64,000 nucleotides of DNA from Heterodontus francisci (GCF_036365525.1 NC_090380.1:72591757-72655756); one strand, 5' to 3'. Positions 1 to 15,600 are shown, counted from the first letter of the stretch. Notes: generated from the sequence alone by a model not told the origin. Made by a program: numbers and translations.

Positions 1-509
1 GCTCATCATGTTTGTATAATGTTTCTCTATATTTTAGTGGAGTTGTTGGACCGTTTAGGTTAATGGATAAACCTGTATTAAATTTGTGAACAAAAGAATG
101 TTGAATTGCTTACCAATAATATCTCATACTCAGTCTCTTGATCCAGACGTTAGTGCCATCTGTAGAATCTCATGGAATTAGAGTTTTAAATCCTGTATTT
201 ACATGCTATTTGATTTTCCTGTTATGATTAGATGTTCGTTAGCTATCAGTCAATATATATTGCTAAGAGGAACTTTTAATTTGAGTTAATATAGAAGAAG
301 TCAGGGAATCACAACTGATGATGGCTTTTTGACCCACTAATCGTGAAAGGAGGAGGTGATGATACTCAGAATGTCTGTATCTAATTGTCTCTTGTGTCAA
401 ATGAAAGTTGTCTGGATATGGATTGAATGTCCATCTTTAGTAACAATCTAATTGGGAATAATAGGGAGATACATAAATTTAAAATGTTGGCATTTTATAC
501 CTTTTTTAG

Positions 510-623
510 CAGATGACATGGGTTTGGGGAAAACTCTAACAATGATTGCACTCATCTTAGCACAGCGGTGCAAAGGGAAGAAGGAAAAAGAGAAAAAGCC
601 AGAGGAATGGATCTCAAAAACTG
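510..623 (+). CDS. TTF2: TTF2 exon (Walker [18 protein letters not shown])
   Basis: tttag|CA...ACTG|gtatga; phase 1 to 1. Confidence 0.93.
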
Positions 624-3600
624 GTATGAAATGGCCTTAGTTACAGTGATTTCAGTAACAGAATAAAAAAATGTACTTTGGAATACCATGGGTTGGTTAA
701 CCCTGAGAGCAGAAACCATGGCTTTTTGTTTTTGCTGACTTGAATTCTGGGCTGGGGCTCCTGACCAAAGTGAGAGTGCTACTGATTGAAGCAAGTTGAT
801 ACTTGACTTGATGATATCACCCACGCCTTTGAGTCAGGAGGCTGTGGGTTTAAGCCCCACACCAGAATTTGAGAACTTAATCTAGACTGCCACATTACTG
901 AGGGAGTGCTGCACTGTAGGAGCTGCTGATGAAATATTAAACTGACAATCTGTGTGCCTGATTACCGGAAAGTAAAAGACCCTATGGCATTATTGTCCTG
1001 GCCAACACGCTTGCTACAGTAGGACCTTGATGTGTGTTAATGTACCTGTATAACAAGAGATTGTCTTTCTGTAAAGGTAATTTATTGATTGTGAAGTGCT
1101 TTGGGAGATCCTGATGTATTAATAAGGTACTATATGAATGCAAGATTCTTGTGCACATATTTTGGTTGTTTCATAAATGATTTTACCATCCTGTCCATTG
1201 TTCAGGTAATTAAAGTGACAACTCTCACTAGTGAGAACAAAAACAAATCTATGACTCCAAACTCCAAATTGGTTATTAAAATTAAGCTTGTAATACTGAA
1301 AATAATACGGGGAGGGGGGGGGGGAAAGCAATTCTGAAAATTAAAAATGTAAAACTGTTCTTCACTTTATAACTGAATGTCTGTCTGTTTATATTGACCA
1401 GATGTAAGCATGTAACTTTCTCAGAAACCTGAAACAGAAAGACCACATCTCTCTCAGGGAGACTAGTGGTTGTAGTTATTTTGTTTTAACTACATGAATA
1501 ATTCTGTTCAGTGAAATGAGTTTGTCCTCTATTATAATAAATGCCGTACCAAATTCACAACTATTAAAAATGCCTTGTGCACTGTGAAATCTCAGGTCCT
1601 CTGTGAAATTGACCATTTTGCAAACTTGGTGCATTTTCCTGATTGACACAAGGCTCACCTCGCTGATTGGTAGATGAGGGAGGTCTTCCAGTGCAGTTTT
1701 GAGAGAAGCAGTCTCCAGTGTTAGCAGACAAGTGAGTGTGCTTAATGAGCAAATAAAAAATGGCCACAACTGTTACTACAGCATATTGAGTGAAAGAATC
1801 TGGAGGCTAAATTCTGCAGTCTGATGGTCGAATATTGTTCTGTACAAGCTACATGTTTCGTTGGATCACGCATGGAGGGCAATGGTTCAGCGCCATTTAA
1901 AGTCCGAAAGTTGTTGCAACAGAAAGAGAACATCTGACATCACACTGCTGGAAAACGCACATGCAAAAAAAAAGGCAACAATGTAATTTGCAAAATGGTG
2001 GTTGCTTGCCAAATGCAAATTACCTATGACAGGACTACCTACCAAAGGTTTTGCTTCACATTGTGAGGAGATGAAGTCTCAGATTAACACGTGAGTCTTT
2101 TGCAATTATTTATGATGAGTCCAACAATGAGCAAGACAACTATGTGCTGTATGTTTTGTTTTATTTTATGTCTAGTAAGGCTGAAGATGTACAGTCCAGA
2201 AAGCTAACAACAGTGCTCGCAGACTGCATCTACTTAGAAGTTGTTAATTACATCACAGTTTCCCAATCGCTCATCAAAACCATTTCAAAGTACGGTGCAG
2301 ATTTCAACAGTACAGTAGCATGCAGCTCACCTGAAATACTACTAAGACTTTGTCTCAGAAGAATTCACACTGACACAGAAAACACAGGTTTTAACAGACA
2401 TTATAAACGATGCTCAGCTTAATGAGGACATTCAGTTGTTGCCAAGCATGCTGTACGACTGATGGATTTGTCACTTGGTTTGAATCTTGACCCTTCACAA
2501 TCCACGAAGCTTTCAATAAATGCACTGTTCATGGATGAAGCACAGTTAAACGAACAACACTCTGACGCTGAATTGTGCTCAACAGGTGTTTCCTTGCATG
2601 GCAAAGAAGCTCAAACAATATTACTGCCATGGGGAAGAGTCAAGCGGTGAAGAAAAAGTGGCTTGGGTTTCAACAAGCTTCTGTGGCATCCCTGAAAGCT
2701 GTGCATATCTTTGACCCTGCACAAAATGCACCTGTTGATGGTGGATTTAAACCCGTTTGATGCTGTTCCTGGCTTTGACAAGAACTGTAGGCTGGAGGAT
2801 TCATTAAAAGCATTGCAAAAGAAACAGATTGCATTTTACTCACGCTGCAGCTTTGGAACTCTGTGTGGAGTGCAGAATCCCCCACCTTGCAAGGCTAGCA
2901 CAGCGCTGCCTGACAATTCCAACAAACTCTGTGGACGCAGAAAGAGCCGTGTCTAAATGCGGACAGATGTTCACAGTGCAGAGACAGGGAATGAAGAAAG
3001 AGACAGTTGCAGGTTGCTGCGTGTTCACTTTCAATCACTGAATCATCTGTTTATAGTCAGCTTTTTACAATAGTTTGGAGTATACAATAAGTGCCATTCG
3101 AAACCAAAAACATCCCTGTCTTTATTTTAAACAGATCATTTTCATGGTTTGTAGTAACAATATGAAATTTATGATTTAAAATATGTGAAATGAAATTCAC
3201 AATTCTTAAAACACTGTGACTGTGAAATTTGACAGTGAATTTGGTAGGGCCCTAATTATAATCTGTATGTAGGCAATTAAAAATAAAAGCTAAATACTGG
3301 TAGCTGTTTAATAGCTGCTTGATGAAAGCTGTAATTTGAACAAGATTTTTTATTTGGGAAATTACATAAAACAATTTTCTGTTTGTATTTTTAGTTAAAA
3401 CATTAATTGGGGTTAAATTGGTCTGGTTAAACCATCCCATTGCTTTAGCTGCATCTAAAATGTTACCTTTTGTAACCACGTTTCTTTCAACACTTGCTAT
3501 TGCTCAAGAATGGAAAAAAACTCAAGCATTGTGGTCAGCTTAAACCACGAACCACAACGTGGCTTTACTGAAGTGGTTTAGCTGTATATTTTGTTTGTTA

Positions 3601-6600
3601 GAATTTCTTAGAAAGCTGATGATATTAGGACATCGGAACATAGGAGCAGGAGTAGGCCATTCAGCCCATCAAGCCTGCTCCAACATTCCTTATGATCATG
3701 GCTGACCATCCACTTCAATGCCTTTTACCCATACTATCCCCATATTCCCTTATGTCATTGGTATTTGGAAATCTGTCAATCTCTGCTTTAAATATACTTA
3801 ATGACTGAGCTTCCACAGCCCTCTGGGGTAGAGAATTCCAAAGATTCACAACCCCCGAGTAAAGAAATTTCTCCTCATCTCTGTCCTACGTGGCTTCCCC
3901 CTTATTTTGAAATTGTGTCCCCTGGTTCTAGACTCCCCAACCAGGGGAAACATCTTAGCTGCATCTACCCTGTCTATCACTTTAAGTATTTTGTAGGTCC
4001 AATGAGATCACATCTCATTCTTCAAAACGCTAGAGAATACAGGCCCAGTTTCCCCAATCTCTCTTCATAGGACAGTCTGCCATCCCAGGAACAAGTCTGC
4101 TGAATCTTCGTTTCACTCCCTCTATGGCAATAATATTCTTCCTAAGGTAAGGGACCAAAACTGCACACAGTTCTCCAAGTGCAGTCTAACCAAGGTTCTA
4201 TACAATTGAAGCAAGACTTCACTACTCCTGTACTCAAATCCTCTTGCGCTAAAGGCAAACATACCATTAGCCTTCCTAATTGCTTGCTACACCTGCATGT
4301 TAGCTTTCAGTGACTTATTGACAAGGACACCCAGGTCCCCTTGCACATCTACACTTGCTAATCGCTTACATAGAAACATAGAAAATAGGAGCAGGAGTAG
4401 GCCATTCGACCCTTCGAGCCTGCTCCGCCATTCATTATGATCATGGCTGATCATCCACCTCAGTAACCTGTTCCCGCTTTTGCCCCATACCCTTTGATCC
4501 TTTCAGACCCAAGAGCTATATCTAACTCCTTGAAAATATACAATGTTTTGGCCTCAAAACCATTTAAGAAATACTCTGCACATCTGTTCCTACTACCAAA
4601 ATGGATAATCTCACATTTTTCCACATTATAGTCCATCTGCCACGTTCTTGCCCACTCTCCTAAGTCTTTCCAAATCCCCTTGAAGCTGCTTTGCATCTTC
4701 CTCACAACACACATTCCCACCTAGTTTTGTGTCAGCTGCGAGCTAGGAAATATTACATTTGGTCCCCACATCCAAATCATTGTTATATATTGTGAACAGC
4801 TGGGGCCCAAGCATTGATCTCTGCGGTACCTCACTAATCACAGCCTGCCAACGCGAGAATGACCCGTTTATTCCTACTCTCTGCTTTCTGCCTGTTGACC
4901 AATCCTTAATCCATGCCAGTATATTACTTCCTATCCCATGTGCTTTAATTTTGCTCAACATCTTCCTGTGGGGGACTTTATCAAAAGCCTTCTGAAAATC
5001 CAAGTATACCACGTCCACCGACTCCCTTTTATCAATTCTGTTAGTAACATCCTAAAAAAAACTCCCAACAGGTTCGTCGAACATGATTTCCCATTCATAA
5101 ATCCATGTTGACTATGCCCAATCAGATCATTATTATCCAAGTGTTCATTTATCACATCTTTTAGAATAGATTCCAGCATTTTCCCAATGACTGATGTAAG
5201 GCAACAGATCAGTAGTTCCCTGTTTTCTCTCTCCCTCCCTTCTTAAATAGTGGGTTGACATTTGCGACCTTCCAACCTGCAGGAACCACTCCAGAATCTA
5301 TAGAATTTTGGATGATGATCACCAATGCATCCACTATCTCCATAGCTACCTCTTTCAACACTCTTGGATGTAGAATATTAGGTCCTGGGGACTTATCAAC
5401 CTTCAGTCCATTAATTTCTCCAATACAACCTTCTTACTAATACTAATTTCCTTCAATTCCTCATTTCACCCTATCCCCTGGGATCTTTAATTCTGGGAGA
5501 TTTCTTGTATCTTCCTCAGTGAAGGCAAAGTAATCATTTAGCTTCGCTGCCATTTCTCTATTCCCCATTATAAATTCTCCTGATTCTGCCTGTAATGGAC
5601 CCACATTTGTCTTAACCAAACGTTTCCTTTTTACATACCTGTAGAAGCTTTTACAGTCCATTTATATAGGGAAGTAAAGTGATTTAAAAGACAATTCATT
5701 TTCCTGCATTTGCAATTTACAAATAAAATTATTAAAAGGTGTAATTTTCAACTTGCATGCATGTTCTGTAAAATTTTGGTCAAATAAAATACCGCCAAAA
5801 TAATTTGTGATGGGTTGCATTTTGTGTTCTTATTTGACTAAATACAATAGTTGAAAGTTGTTTATCCACCATTTACCAAAATGCTAATGTTAGGGACTAT
5901 ATTGTTCTGCTAGTCTACAGATTGTCCAGAAGGTTTCCATGACAAGTAATGGTAGAAATGTAGAGTGACGTTTTGCCCATTGCAGCTTGGTGCTGGTGTG
6001 ATATCTAGCAAAACCGATATTTGTTTCTCTTACTGCTATCTGGTCATAACATTCCAATTTTAATACATTCCAATGGCCTCTTTTCAACAGATAGCACTTT
6101 TGTGATCTCCTTTGGGACACTTATCATTTGTCCAGCATCCCTAATCCACCATTGGAAGATGGAAATTGAGCGGCATGTCTGTGCAAGGAAACTGACTATA
6201 TACATGTACCATGGGCCAAAGAGAGAGCAATCAGCAAAGGTGTGAGTACCTGGTGCTCTATGGTGTTCCTACTCTGCAAATACAGCATTTGCAGCTTTGA
6301 ATATAAAATACTATACTCACCAGTCTATATTCAATATGATATGCAACTCAACATTTAATGCAATATATAGAAAGATTTCTATAATGTGAAGTTTGTTCAT
6401 TTATTTAATTAGAGTTGCTATAATTATGTATATAAATATAGTTGCTGATCGATCTGTCTAGATTGATATGCAAATTTAACCACCTAATGATCACTAATTT
6501 TGTAGTATGGTTCAATTAACATTATCTTAAAATTAAATTTGTAAACTAGGGGCTGGCCAGACAGCTTAGGCTGCACATTTCAATCTATTCAGTCACATCA

Positions 6601-9600
6601 TGCAATAGTATAATGTAGGTTATACTTCGCAGCAACTGTGGAGTTTCTGCTCTTGGATGCTATTTGAGGAAGGCATTAAGCAAAGCCAAGTTTCTGCCAC
6701 CACCATGACCACCACCAGCCCTCATTCCCTTCCTTAGAGCAAAAAAATTAGTAAGCAATTCAGAAACCAGTTTGGTAGTAGCGTTTGAAGTGGACTGGCA
6801 CCAGGGCATTTGTCTGCCCCATCAGTCAGAGGACATCGTATAGCAGAGGTCCTAATGAACAGGAAGGAATGTCTCATATAGCTGGAGATAGTTGACATTG
6901 ATGAGCAGCTGCAACCAGGAATAGGAATTTAACCAACTAAAAATACTACTCAGTAACATTTCTGTTTATCACGATCCAAGGTATTAAATCATTTTCTTTC
7001 AGGCTATCAGAATTTGATGTTGTTGTGACGACATATAGCCTTGTTGCAAAAGAGATCCCAGTGAAAAAGGAAAATGGACAGGAGGAGGTGAATGTAAGTT
7101 GAGCATTTTGCACAGTCATGTTAGTGATCCCATTTGTAGATTTGAGTAGTATGTAATGTCTTGGCATTTTCTTGGGTACGCTGCTGCTTTTGCGTACCCA
7201 AACAATTACTACTTGTTGGAATGGTCACCCACCTGATCACCAAATCGGAATGACAGTGAGATAGCGCACTTCACTTTCTTTGGATTGGGTGGGTCAAGTA
7301 GTTTATCAGTGTGCTTTCTGATTGGCTAGTTGCAATTTCTGTGCTTCCAACAGGGACTGTGAACTTATGTTTTTGTTTCCATATCAGAAAATTTGTTAAT
7401 ACAATTAAGGTGAGAGTAAGTAGGGTATTTCATCTTTTCAATCCAACCACGATGAAAACTGCACACGTACTTTTTGTTCACCTACTGTTTTCAGGCTTTG
7501 ACTGAGGCAAAGTCTTTACATTCTCCTCTGCTGAAGATAGCATGGACTCGGATCATCCTGGATGAAGCTCACAACGTTAAAAACCCCCAAGTACAAACGT
7601 CAATGGCAGTGTGTAAACTCCACGCTAGAGCACACTGGGCAGTCACAGGAACACCCATTCAAAACAACCTTCTGGATATGTACTCTTTGCTCAAGTAAGA
7701 AGACAGACCAGAGCACCCTGGGTTAAACTTCGTTATTAAATTGTGTTCTTCAGACACTACTGTTTTTAACTGTATGATTCTCTAAATGACTAGAGTATTT
7801 AAAAATGTATCCTAACAATTATTTTCATATTCTTGATCTTGTTCACCTTTTTAAAAAAAAAACACCTAAATTATTTTAGATATTATTCCCAAGTTACGAA
7901 GTTGAGATTAATTAATTATAGTTGTTAACTGTAGAGCTAGGGCTGATTCTAAATTCTCGTAGCTCTGCTTTCTGACCTTGTTCAGGTTCCTTCACTGTTC
8001 CCCATTCGATGAGTTCAAGCTTTGGAAGAATCAAGTGGATAATGGTACAAAGAAGGGTGGTGAACGCCTTAATATTATCACCAAAAGCCTTCTGTTGCGC
8101 AGAATGAAGGACCAGCTTGACGCCAGTGGCAAACCTCTGGTAAATAAGTGTTTATATTTCAATTTTGACAAAAAGGAATCACTGTTTTATACTGCAAGTT
8201 TAGCATTGCTCAGAAGTGATTTTGGCTTTGTGCCAATGCTAAACTGCATGTAAAACTGACTTTGGGCCCAAACTGACTCCATGTAGTGGGTTTTTTGTCA
8301 AACCTTTTAAGATGTACTCTGATTGTAAACTCACCTAATCTTAATTTAAATATTTGGAATGTATGAATTTTCCCCTCTAGACCCTTATGTTTTTAACTGT
8401 TGGGAGAGGGCTCTGTTTTGCCTGTATCCAGATATGCACACATTTCAATCCTGAGAAAATAAATGAGAGCCAGCAAATGTAAACAAACTTTTACTTGGCT
8501 GGAATCTAAACTACTGCAACTAGTGTCGGATGGTAGCTACAGTGTAACTGCACTTATAAGGATCTGTAAAGGATAAAAGATGGTACTTTATCAAAACTGT
8601 TTGAAGGATGAACAACTTGAAACATTATCTCTGAGATATTGTTGGTCCTAAAAATCAAATAACTCTTGCTGGGCTTGAAACAAGAGGAGCAAATGTGAAC
8701 TATGGGACTAGTTTGGTGAACAGTGACAAATTAAATTCATTTGCCTGGGAGGAGGGGTCAGTACTAAGCGAAGCTATATGCTGCCAGTTATTCTTGAGGC
8801 AAAATGTCCTTTCCTATATTTCATAGGTGATTTAGAATCATAACCGTATAAGACAAAGGAGGGATACAACATAGGTTTTAAATTAATGGACAATCTGGTG
8901 AAGTATCAGAATGTGATGGCCTTAGAATGTTATTCCTGTTCTCTCTCTACTTGGTTCCTGTCCTTTTCTAATTTGCTCAGTTCCTGATCCTGGGCATTAT
9001 GGAGACCAAGTGAAATGAACATGACCAGTTGATAAATTCCTGTGATTTCTGGTGCCTATCCAGGAGCAGCATAGGGGAGGCCTGGGAACAGGTTGCCTGC
9101 CTTTGTTCTCAGCTACAGGAAATACATAATTCAGTAAGATGAAAAAAAGTGTGGGAAAAGTGAAGAGTACCATAACTCTTGCAATTTACTTAAAGGGTGT
9201 GTTCCTGGGCAATTTAAATTTTCTGATACTTCGCCAGTGATAGCTTGTTAAGTTTAGGGTTTGAATACAACAATGTCTTCCTCTTGCCATTCAAATTGTG
9301 CAATTTGGACAAAGGGCTGTGATCTTTGATTCCTGTCGATCATAGCAGAGCTGGAACCCAGGAGCTGCAGTAGAATTTGAGTCTCCAGGTCAAAGTCTTC
9401 ACCTCCGTAATTAGAATAGCCCTGATTTGGTTGTGAAAATAATGGTGAGGCTAGCAGCGCTCACTATTGTTTACACACTTTTTTTTTATTCATTCATAGG
9501 ATGTGGGCATCGTTGGCTAGACCAGCATTTATTGTCCATCCCTAATTGCCCTTGAGGAGGTGGTGGTGAGCTGCCTTCTTGAACCGCTGCAGTCCATGTG

Positions 9601-12600
9601 AGGTAGGTACACCAACAGTGCTGTTAGGAAGGGACTTCCAGGACTTTGACCCAGCGACAGCGAAGCAATGCCAATATAGTTCCAAGACAGGATGGTGTGT
9701 GACTTGGAGGGGAACTTGCAGGTGGCGGTGTCCCCATGCATTTGCTGCCCTTGACCTTCTAGTTGGTAGAGGTCGCAGGTTTGGAAGGTGCTGTCGAAGG
9801 AGTCTTGGTGCGTTGCTGCAGTGCATCTTGTAGATGGTACACACTGCTGCCACTGTGTGTTGGTGGAGTGAGTGAATGTTTGTGGATGGGGTGCCAATCA
9901 AGCGATGTGCTTTGTCCTGGATGGTGTTGAGCTTTTTGAGTGTTGTTGGAGCTGCACCCATCCAGACAAATGGAGAATATTCCATCACACCCCTGACTTG
10001 TGCCTTGTAGATGGTGGACAGGCTTTGGGGAGTTAGGAGGTGAATTACCCGCCGCAGGATTCCTAGCCTCTGACCTTCTTTTGTAGCTACGGTATTTATA
10101 TGGCTACTCCAGTTCAGTTTCTGGTCAATGGTAACCCCTAGGATGTTGATAGTGGGGGATTCAGCGATCATAATGCTATTGAATGTCAAGGGGAGATGGT
10201 TAGATTCTCTCTTGTTGGAGATGGTCATTGCCTGGCACTTGTGTGGCGTGAATGTTACTTGCCACTTATCAGCCCAAGCCTGGATATTGTCCAAGTCTTG
10301 CTGCATTTCTACACGGACTGCTTCAGTATCTAAGGAGTCACGAATGGTGCTGAACATTGTGCAATCATCATCGAATAACCCCACTTCCGACCTTATGATT
10401 GAAGGAAGGTCATTGATGAAGCAGCTGAAGATAGTTGGGCCTACCAACTAACTGGAAACTACCCTGAGGAACTCTTGCAGTGATGTCCTGGAGCTGAAAT
10501 GATTGACCTCCAACAACTACAACCATCTTCCTTTGCGCTAGGTATGACTCCAACCAGCAGAGAGTTTTCCCCCTGATTCCCATTGACTTCAGTTTTGCTA
10601 GGGCTCCTTGACGTCATACTCCATCAAATGCTGCCTTGATGTCAAGGGCAGTCACTCTCCCCTCACCGCTTGAGTTCAGCTCATTTTTTGTCCATGTTTG
10701 AACCAAGGCTGTAATGAGGTCAGTAGCTGAGTGGCCTCGGTGGAACCCAAATTGAATGTCACTGAGCAGTGTATTGCTAAGCAAGTGCCATTTGATAGCA
10801 TGGTCAATGACACCTTCCATCACTGATGATGGTGGGGTAATTAGCCGGGTTGGACTTGTCCTACTTTTTGTGTACAGGACAAACTTGGGCAATTTTCCAC
10901 ATTGCCAGGTAGATGCCAGTGTTGTAGCTGTACGGGAGCAGCTTGGCTAGGGGCACGGCATGTTCTGGAGCACAGGTCTTCAGTACTATTGCCGGAATAT
11001 TTTCAGGGCCCATAGCCTTTGCAGTATCCAGTGTCTTCAGTTATTTCTTGTTATGCAGAGTGAATCGAATTGAATGAAGTCTGGCGTCTGTGATGCTGGG
11101 GACCTCAGGAGGAGGCCGAGATGGATCATCAACTCGTCATCTCTGGCTGAAGATTGTTGCAAAGGCTTCAGCCTTATCTTTTGCACTGATGTGCTGGGCT
11201 CTCCCCATCATTGAGGGTGGGAATATTTGTGGAGCCACCTCCTCCAGTTAGTTGTTTAATTGTCCGCCACCATTCACGGCTGGATGTGGTAGGACTGCAG
11301 AGCTGATCCGTTGGTTATGGGATTGCTTTGCTCCGTCTATCGCATGCTGCTTACACAGCTTGACATGCGGGTAGTCCTGTGTTGTAGCTTCACCAGGTTG
11401 ACACATCACAGCAACATATGGCAAGTGGAGATAAGAACATAAGAAATAGAAGCAGGAGTAGGCCTTTCAGCCCTTCGAGCCCACTCTGCCATTCAATGAG
11501 ATCTTGGCTGATCTACTTCAACACCATTTTCCGATACTATCCCCGTAAGCCTGATGTTTTTAATATGTAGAAATCTATCAATCTCTGTTTTGAATATACT
11601 CATCAATTGAGCCTCCCCAACTTTCTGGGACAATTCCAAAGATTCCAGAGATATGCCGTTAAACTGCTCCCACAAAAAATGGTATCTTGCTGTCTGCCAC
11701 CACCCCCACCTCCACACCAGCCCTCTGCCCACCGTGTTCAATTGTATTGAATGGTGTGAATTTCCTATACTGACATCACAGATACAGACTAAACTCAGCA
11801 CAGAAAGTTAAGTCTTGTCCTTTCCAGTCTTCATAACTTTTTAAAGGCATGGTAAATCTTAGTTACTGCCATGCAACCTCTCCAGCACTGAAAGTTAGCT
11901 TTTACAAGTTTGGAGACTTATTCCTTCAGCTTTTAGTTAGTGCCAGATTTTTAAAAAATTAAATAGCTTTTTAAACTTTTTATTACTNNNNNNNNNNNNN
12001 NNNNNNNNNNNNNNNNNNNNNNNNNNNNNNNNNNNNNNNNNNNNNNNNNNNNNNNNNNNNNNNNNNNNNNNNNNNNNNNNNNNNNNNNNNNNNNNNNNNN
12101 NNNNNNNNNNNNNNNNNNNNNNNNTTTATTTCACTTTCTGTACCTGATTTGACATTGAATTCGCTATTCTAACTGACACTTCCTGTCTCAGTCTCTGAAC
12201 TGCTTATTAGCGATTCTTCAATCTGATTGGTTAAAGAGATACTGGCCGGGATTTTACGTCAGAGCGGAGGCCTGCCCACCGTCTTAAAAGTCGGGGTGAG
12301 CCCGCCTCCACCGGGCCGCAAAGCCAATCAGAGATTTTACGTGGCCCAGGCCCTTAATTGGTGTTGGGCAGGACTTCCATTCCTTTTGAGGCAAAAAGTC
12401 CCGCCTCCCGGATCTGCCAGCCAATCGGGGCTGGCAGCTCCTCAATCCTGGCAGCGCCACCAGGCGTAGTGGCCACTGTGGGACTGCACCCAGCCTCAGG
12501 AGGATTGTGGATGCTTGTGCCAAAAAGGGTAAGTGGAGTTTTGGGCCTTGTCGGGGACAAACGGCTGGTCCATGGCAAGGGTGGTGGAGGTCAATCAAAA

Positions 12601-15600
12601 GGGTGGTGGGAGGTGCGCCGCGGGAACGGCAGGAGCTGCTGGGGGGTTCTCTAAAGGGGTACAGGGCGCCCGAACAGGAGGCACCACACCCTCCTGTCCC
12701 CCACTTTGGGCCCGCAAGGAGCCCATCTGGTATTGCTGGATTGCCTCCACAGCTGGCAAAGTGCCTGCCCGTTGCTGGTAATATCCCAGTGGCAGCAGGA
12801 GAAGGCCCTTAATTGGCCACTTAAGGGCCTCAATTGGCCTGGGGCGTGCAGGCTGTTTGTTACCTCTTCTGCCACTCATTAAATTGCATTGGGGGCTGGA
12901 AGGTAATGGGAATGGCACACCCCACATTCCACACAATTTTACGCCCAGCCCACTTCCATTGCGGGGGGGGGGTTGTAGGGGGAGGGTAAAAGTCTGGCCA
13001 CGAAGTTTCATGCCCTGTTCACACAGGTTCTAGATGTCCTGTTGAGGACCCCACATTGTTTTGGATGCCCCACTGACAGCATCTTGCCATGAAAAACCCC
13101 ATAGAATGTCTATGAGCAAGTCCTGTTCATTCACCACTCTGCAAAATCTGGCCTGATGTATTTATTCTATAGACTTGTCTAAAGGCATTGGAGTGTTTTA
13201 TGCCACAGGCCAATTATAATAATTAACAATATTTGTTGCCTTTATTTATTTGTTAATTGCTTTCAGAGTGACCAGGTGTTGCCTAGGGTTGTATGTGTTT
13301 ATGGCTTTGTATTTAAAATGTAATGAAAAGTTTTACCTTTTTGAGATTAATCATGCAGAAAATAGTGCAAGATTGTTCATTAAATGCAATGGCTGTGCTT
13401 CCTTTATAGTGAAAATGATACTTTGTACTTATTTATTACAAATATATGACATCAACTTTATCATCACAGAGAAAACACCCGATTGTTTCACCAAAACTTA
13501 GACTTGAAACCTAAGCAGATTGTGGTGCTGGGAAATGAATATTTATGAAAATATCGTATTATTGTAAACATCATTGTTTTAAGTAACAGAATTACTTATG
13601 CACATGTTTTGTTTTTCCAGGTTGCCCTGCCACAGAAATTTAACCGCTCTCATCGACTAAAATTGTCAGAGGATGAGGAAGCTGTTTACAATGTCTTGTT
13701 TGCTCGTTCCAGGTATATCTCAGGAATTGTGTGCTCTGAAATGCAAGATGCCATCACTGCTTCCAGCTATGGAATGTATTTTGGATAATCCTGTTCTTTA
13801 CCAGTACAGATTTGGTGTATTTCTCTTACTAAAAAGATGATGGGGGAAGATATTCCTTCGCGTAGCAAAGCAGACTTCTGTCGATTTTGTTTTTTCCCTG
13901 GGGACCACTACCTGCCCACACGGCGTTCTTCATTGATGAAGCAATGCTATGTGAATGAATTTCTCCCCCATAGTTCCAGTATTTTTTCTTGTGGACGGGG
14001 AAGGTAGTCAAAAAGATGTCAGCTTTGTCATGATGAAATAGAGCACAAGTATATTTCAACACAATTATATTATTTCATTGTGTATTTGCAAGCTAAATTA
14101 GGAAGGGTTGCCAGACATTTTCTCTTATTTAGGATTAAGTGACTTGCATTCACTTACAACCAAAGGTTAGTGAACTCCAGTCATGCATTATCTTTGTTCA
14201 GATCCTAGTCTGAAGATTGTTACCAAGTAGAAAAGACAGTACCAGTGAATGAAGAAAAAATTGCGAGGACCAGACTTGTCTTGTTCTGTGGTTGCCAAGG
14301 AGATGCTATAAGCCAGGACCACACAGCTTTGACTTTGATGAGCCACCTTGCTACTTTGCTTTGTGGGCCAAACTGATCTCTTAATGTGGAAATAAGCCTA
14401 TTGCATTAACAGTTTTGTTTACATCTTCCCCATACATTCCGCCAATATGCTTTATCTAGGGGCTGCATTTTATTATCGCGGCGGAAGGTGTGCAAAATGG
14501 CAGCGGTGCCGCCTGTTATATCAGCAGCCATGCAGCAGGCAGCCATCCCACCAATCACGTGGCAGGAGCGGCAATAGCAATGCCATTCATGGCATCACCT
14601 GATGCTGGAGCAGGTGCTGGCGCCATCTTTAAAGGGATGCCAGCCCTGCTTTTGCATTAATGTGCTTTCATCAATATCTCCCTGAGGCTTCACTTCTGTG
14701 TTGTCTAAAAATAATTTTTTGTTCTCTGCAAGCAGTACCCCTGGGCTCCCCCCTTCCCACAGTCAATCTACTTACCGAGTTCTTCCTCCACACCCCCACC
14801 CCCTCGCCACCCCCCACTTTCACAGACAAACCAGTTGCAGAGTTCTCCCACCCATCCACTGCCTCTAGATAACACTGGTAAAGTTACTTACCCTCTCGAG
14901 GCACCAAGAACTGTATCCTTGGTGGCGCCAGCTTTTTGAAGACATGAAGCTGAAGGCACATGCTGCACATCCAACACAAAATTGCAAATGCCTGGTGAGA
15001 TTGCAATGAATGACATTCAAATGTATGCTAAATAGTATTTAACAAATGTAAATGATTATGTCATCATGTTGGGGCGGAGGTGCCGCCACAGCACTTCGCT
15101 GCCTCCAGGAGAATCGGGAAGTAGCATTACGGTGTTGGGTTCCATGGCACACGTCTCCATGTGGATTCTCCACCCCCCCCCCCCCCCCCCACCCGATATC
15201 CCAGGTTCCACAGGGACTGGGCTATTCCACTCGCCTGCCAAAGCTCCCATTCATGACAACTGCTGAAACACTGGTCTAAACCTTAAGAGGACCACTATAC
15301 AACTCCAGTGAAAACAACTTTGTAATAATCCTACTGTGTGAGCACTTGCTGTTTGCTCCACCACTGCTTCCTATTAGTGACAGTTATGTACGCTGCTCCA
15401 GAAGAGCTTCTTGGAATTGAGGTGACTCAAATCTACAGCAGATGGAATCCAAAGTACTATAGCAGACTCCACCACATCTTCCTGCGGGATGACTTGGCTC
15501 TGTGCACATTCTGGCACCAGAGTAGGAGAGTTAGGATGTGTGGCCATTCTGAGAAGCCTTACCATGGTTTGTGCACATGCAAGTCATCCCTCTGCTGCTG

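Noticed and set aside
9542-10447. Long RT ORFs (301, 284 and 333 aa at 9542, 27899 and 30755) as host or domesticated genes
   Set aside because: They are flanked by frameshifted or truncated LINE sequence, with tails and TSDs; ordinary retrotransposon remnants.
12227-13011. Clusters of overlapping 70-140 aa ORFs in GC-rich patches (also 17655-18023, 42060-42687, 61884-62324)
   Set aside because: They are by-products of high GC content inside MITEs, with no domain motifs or splice support.
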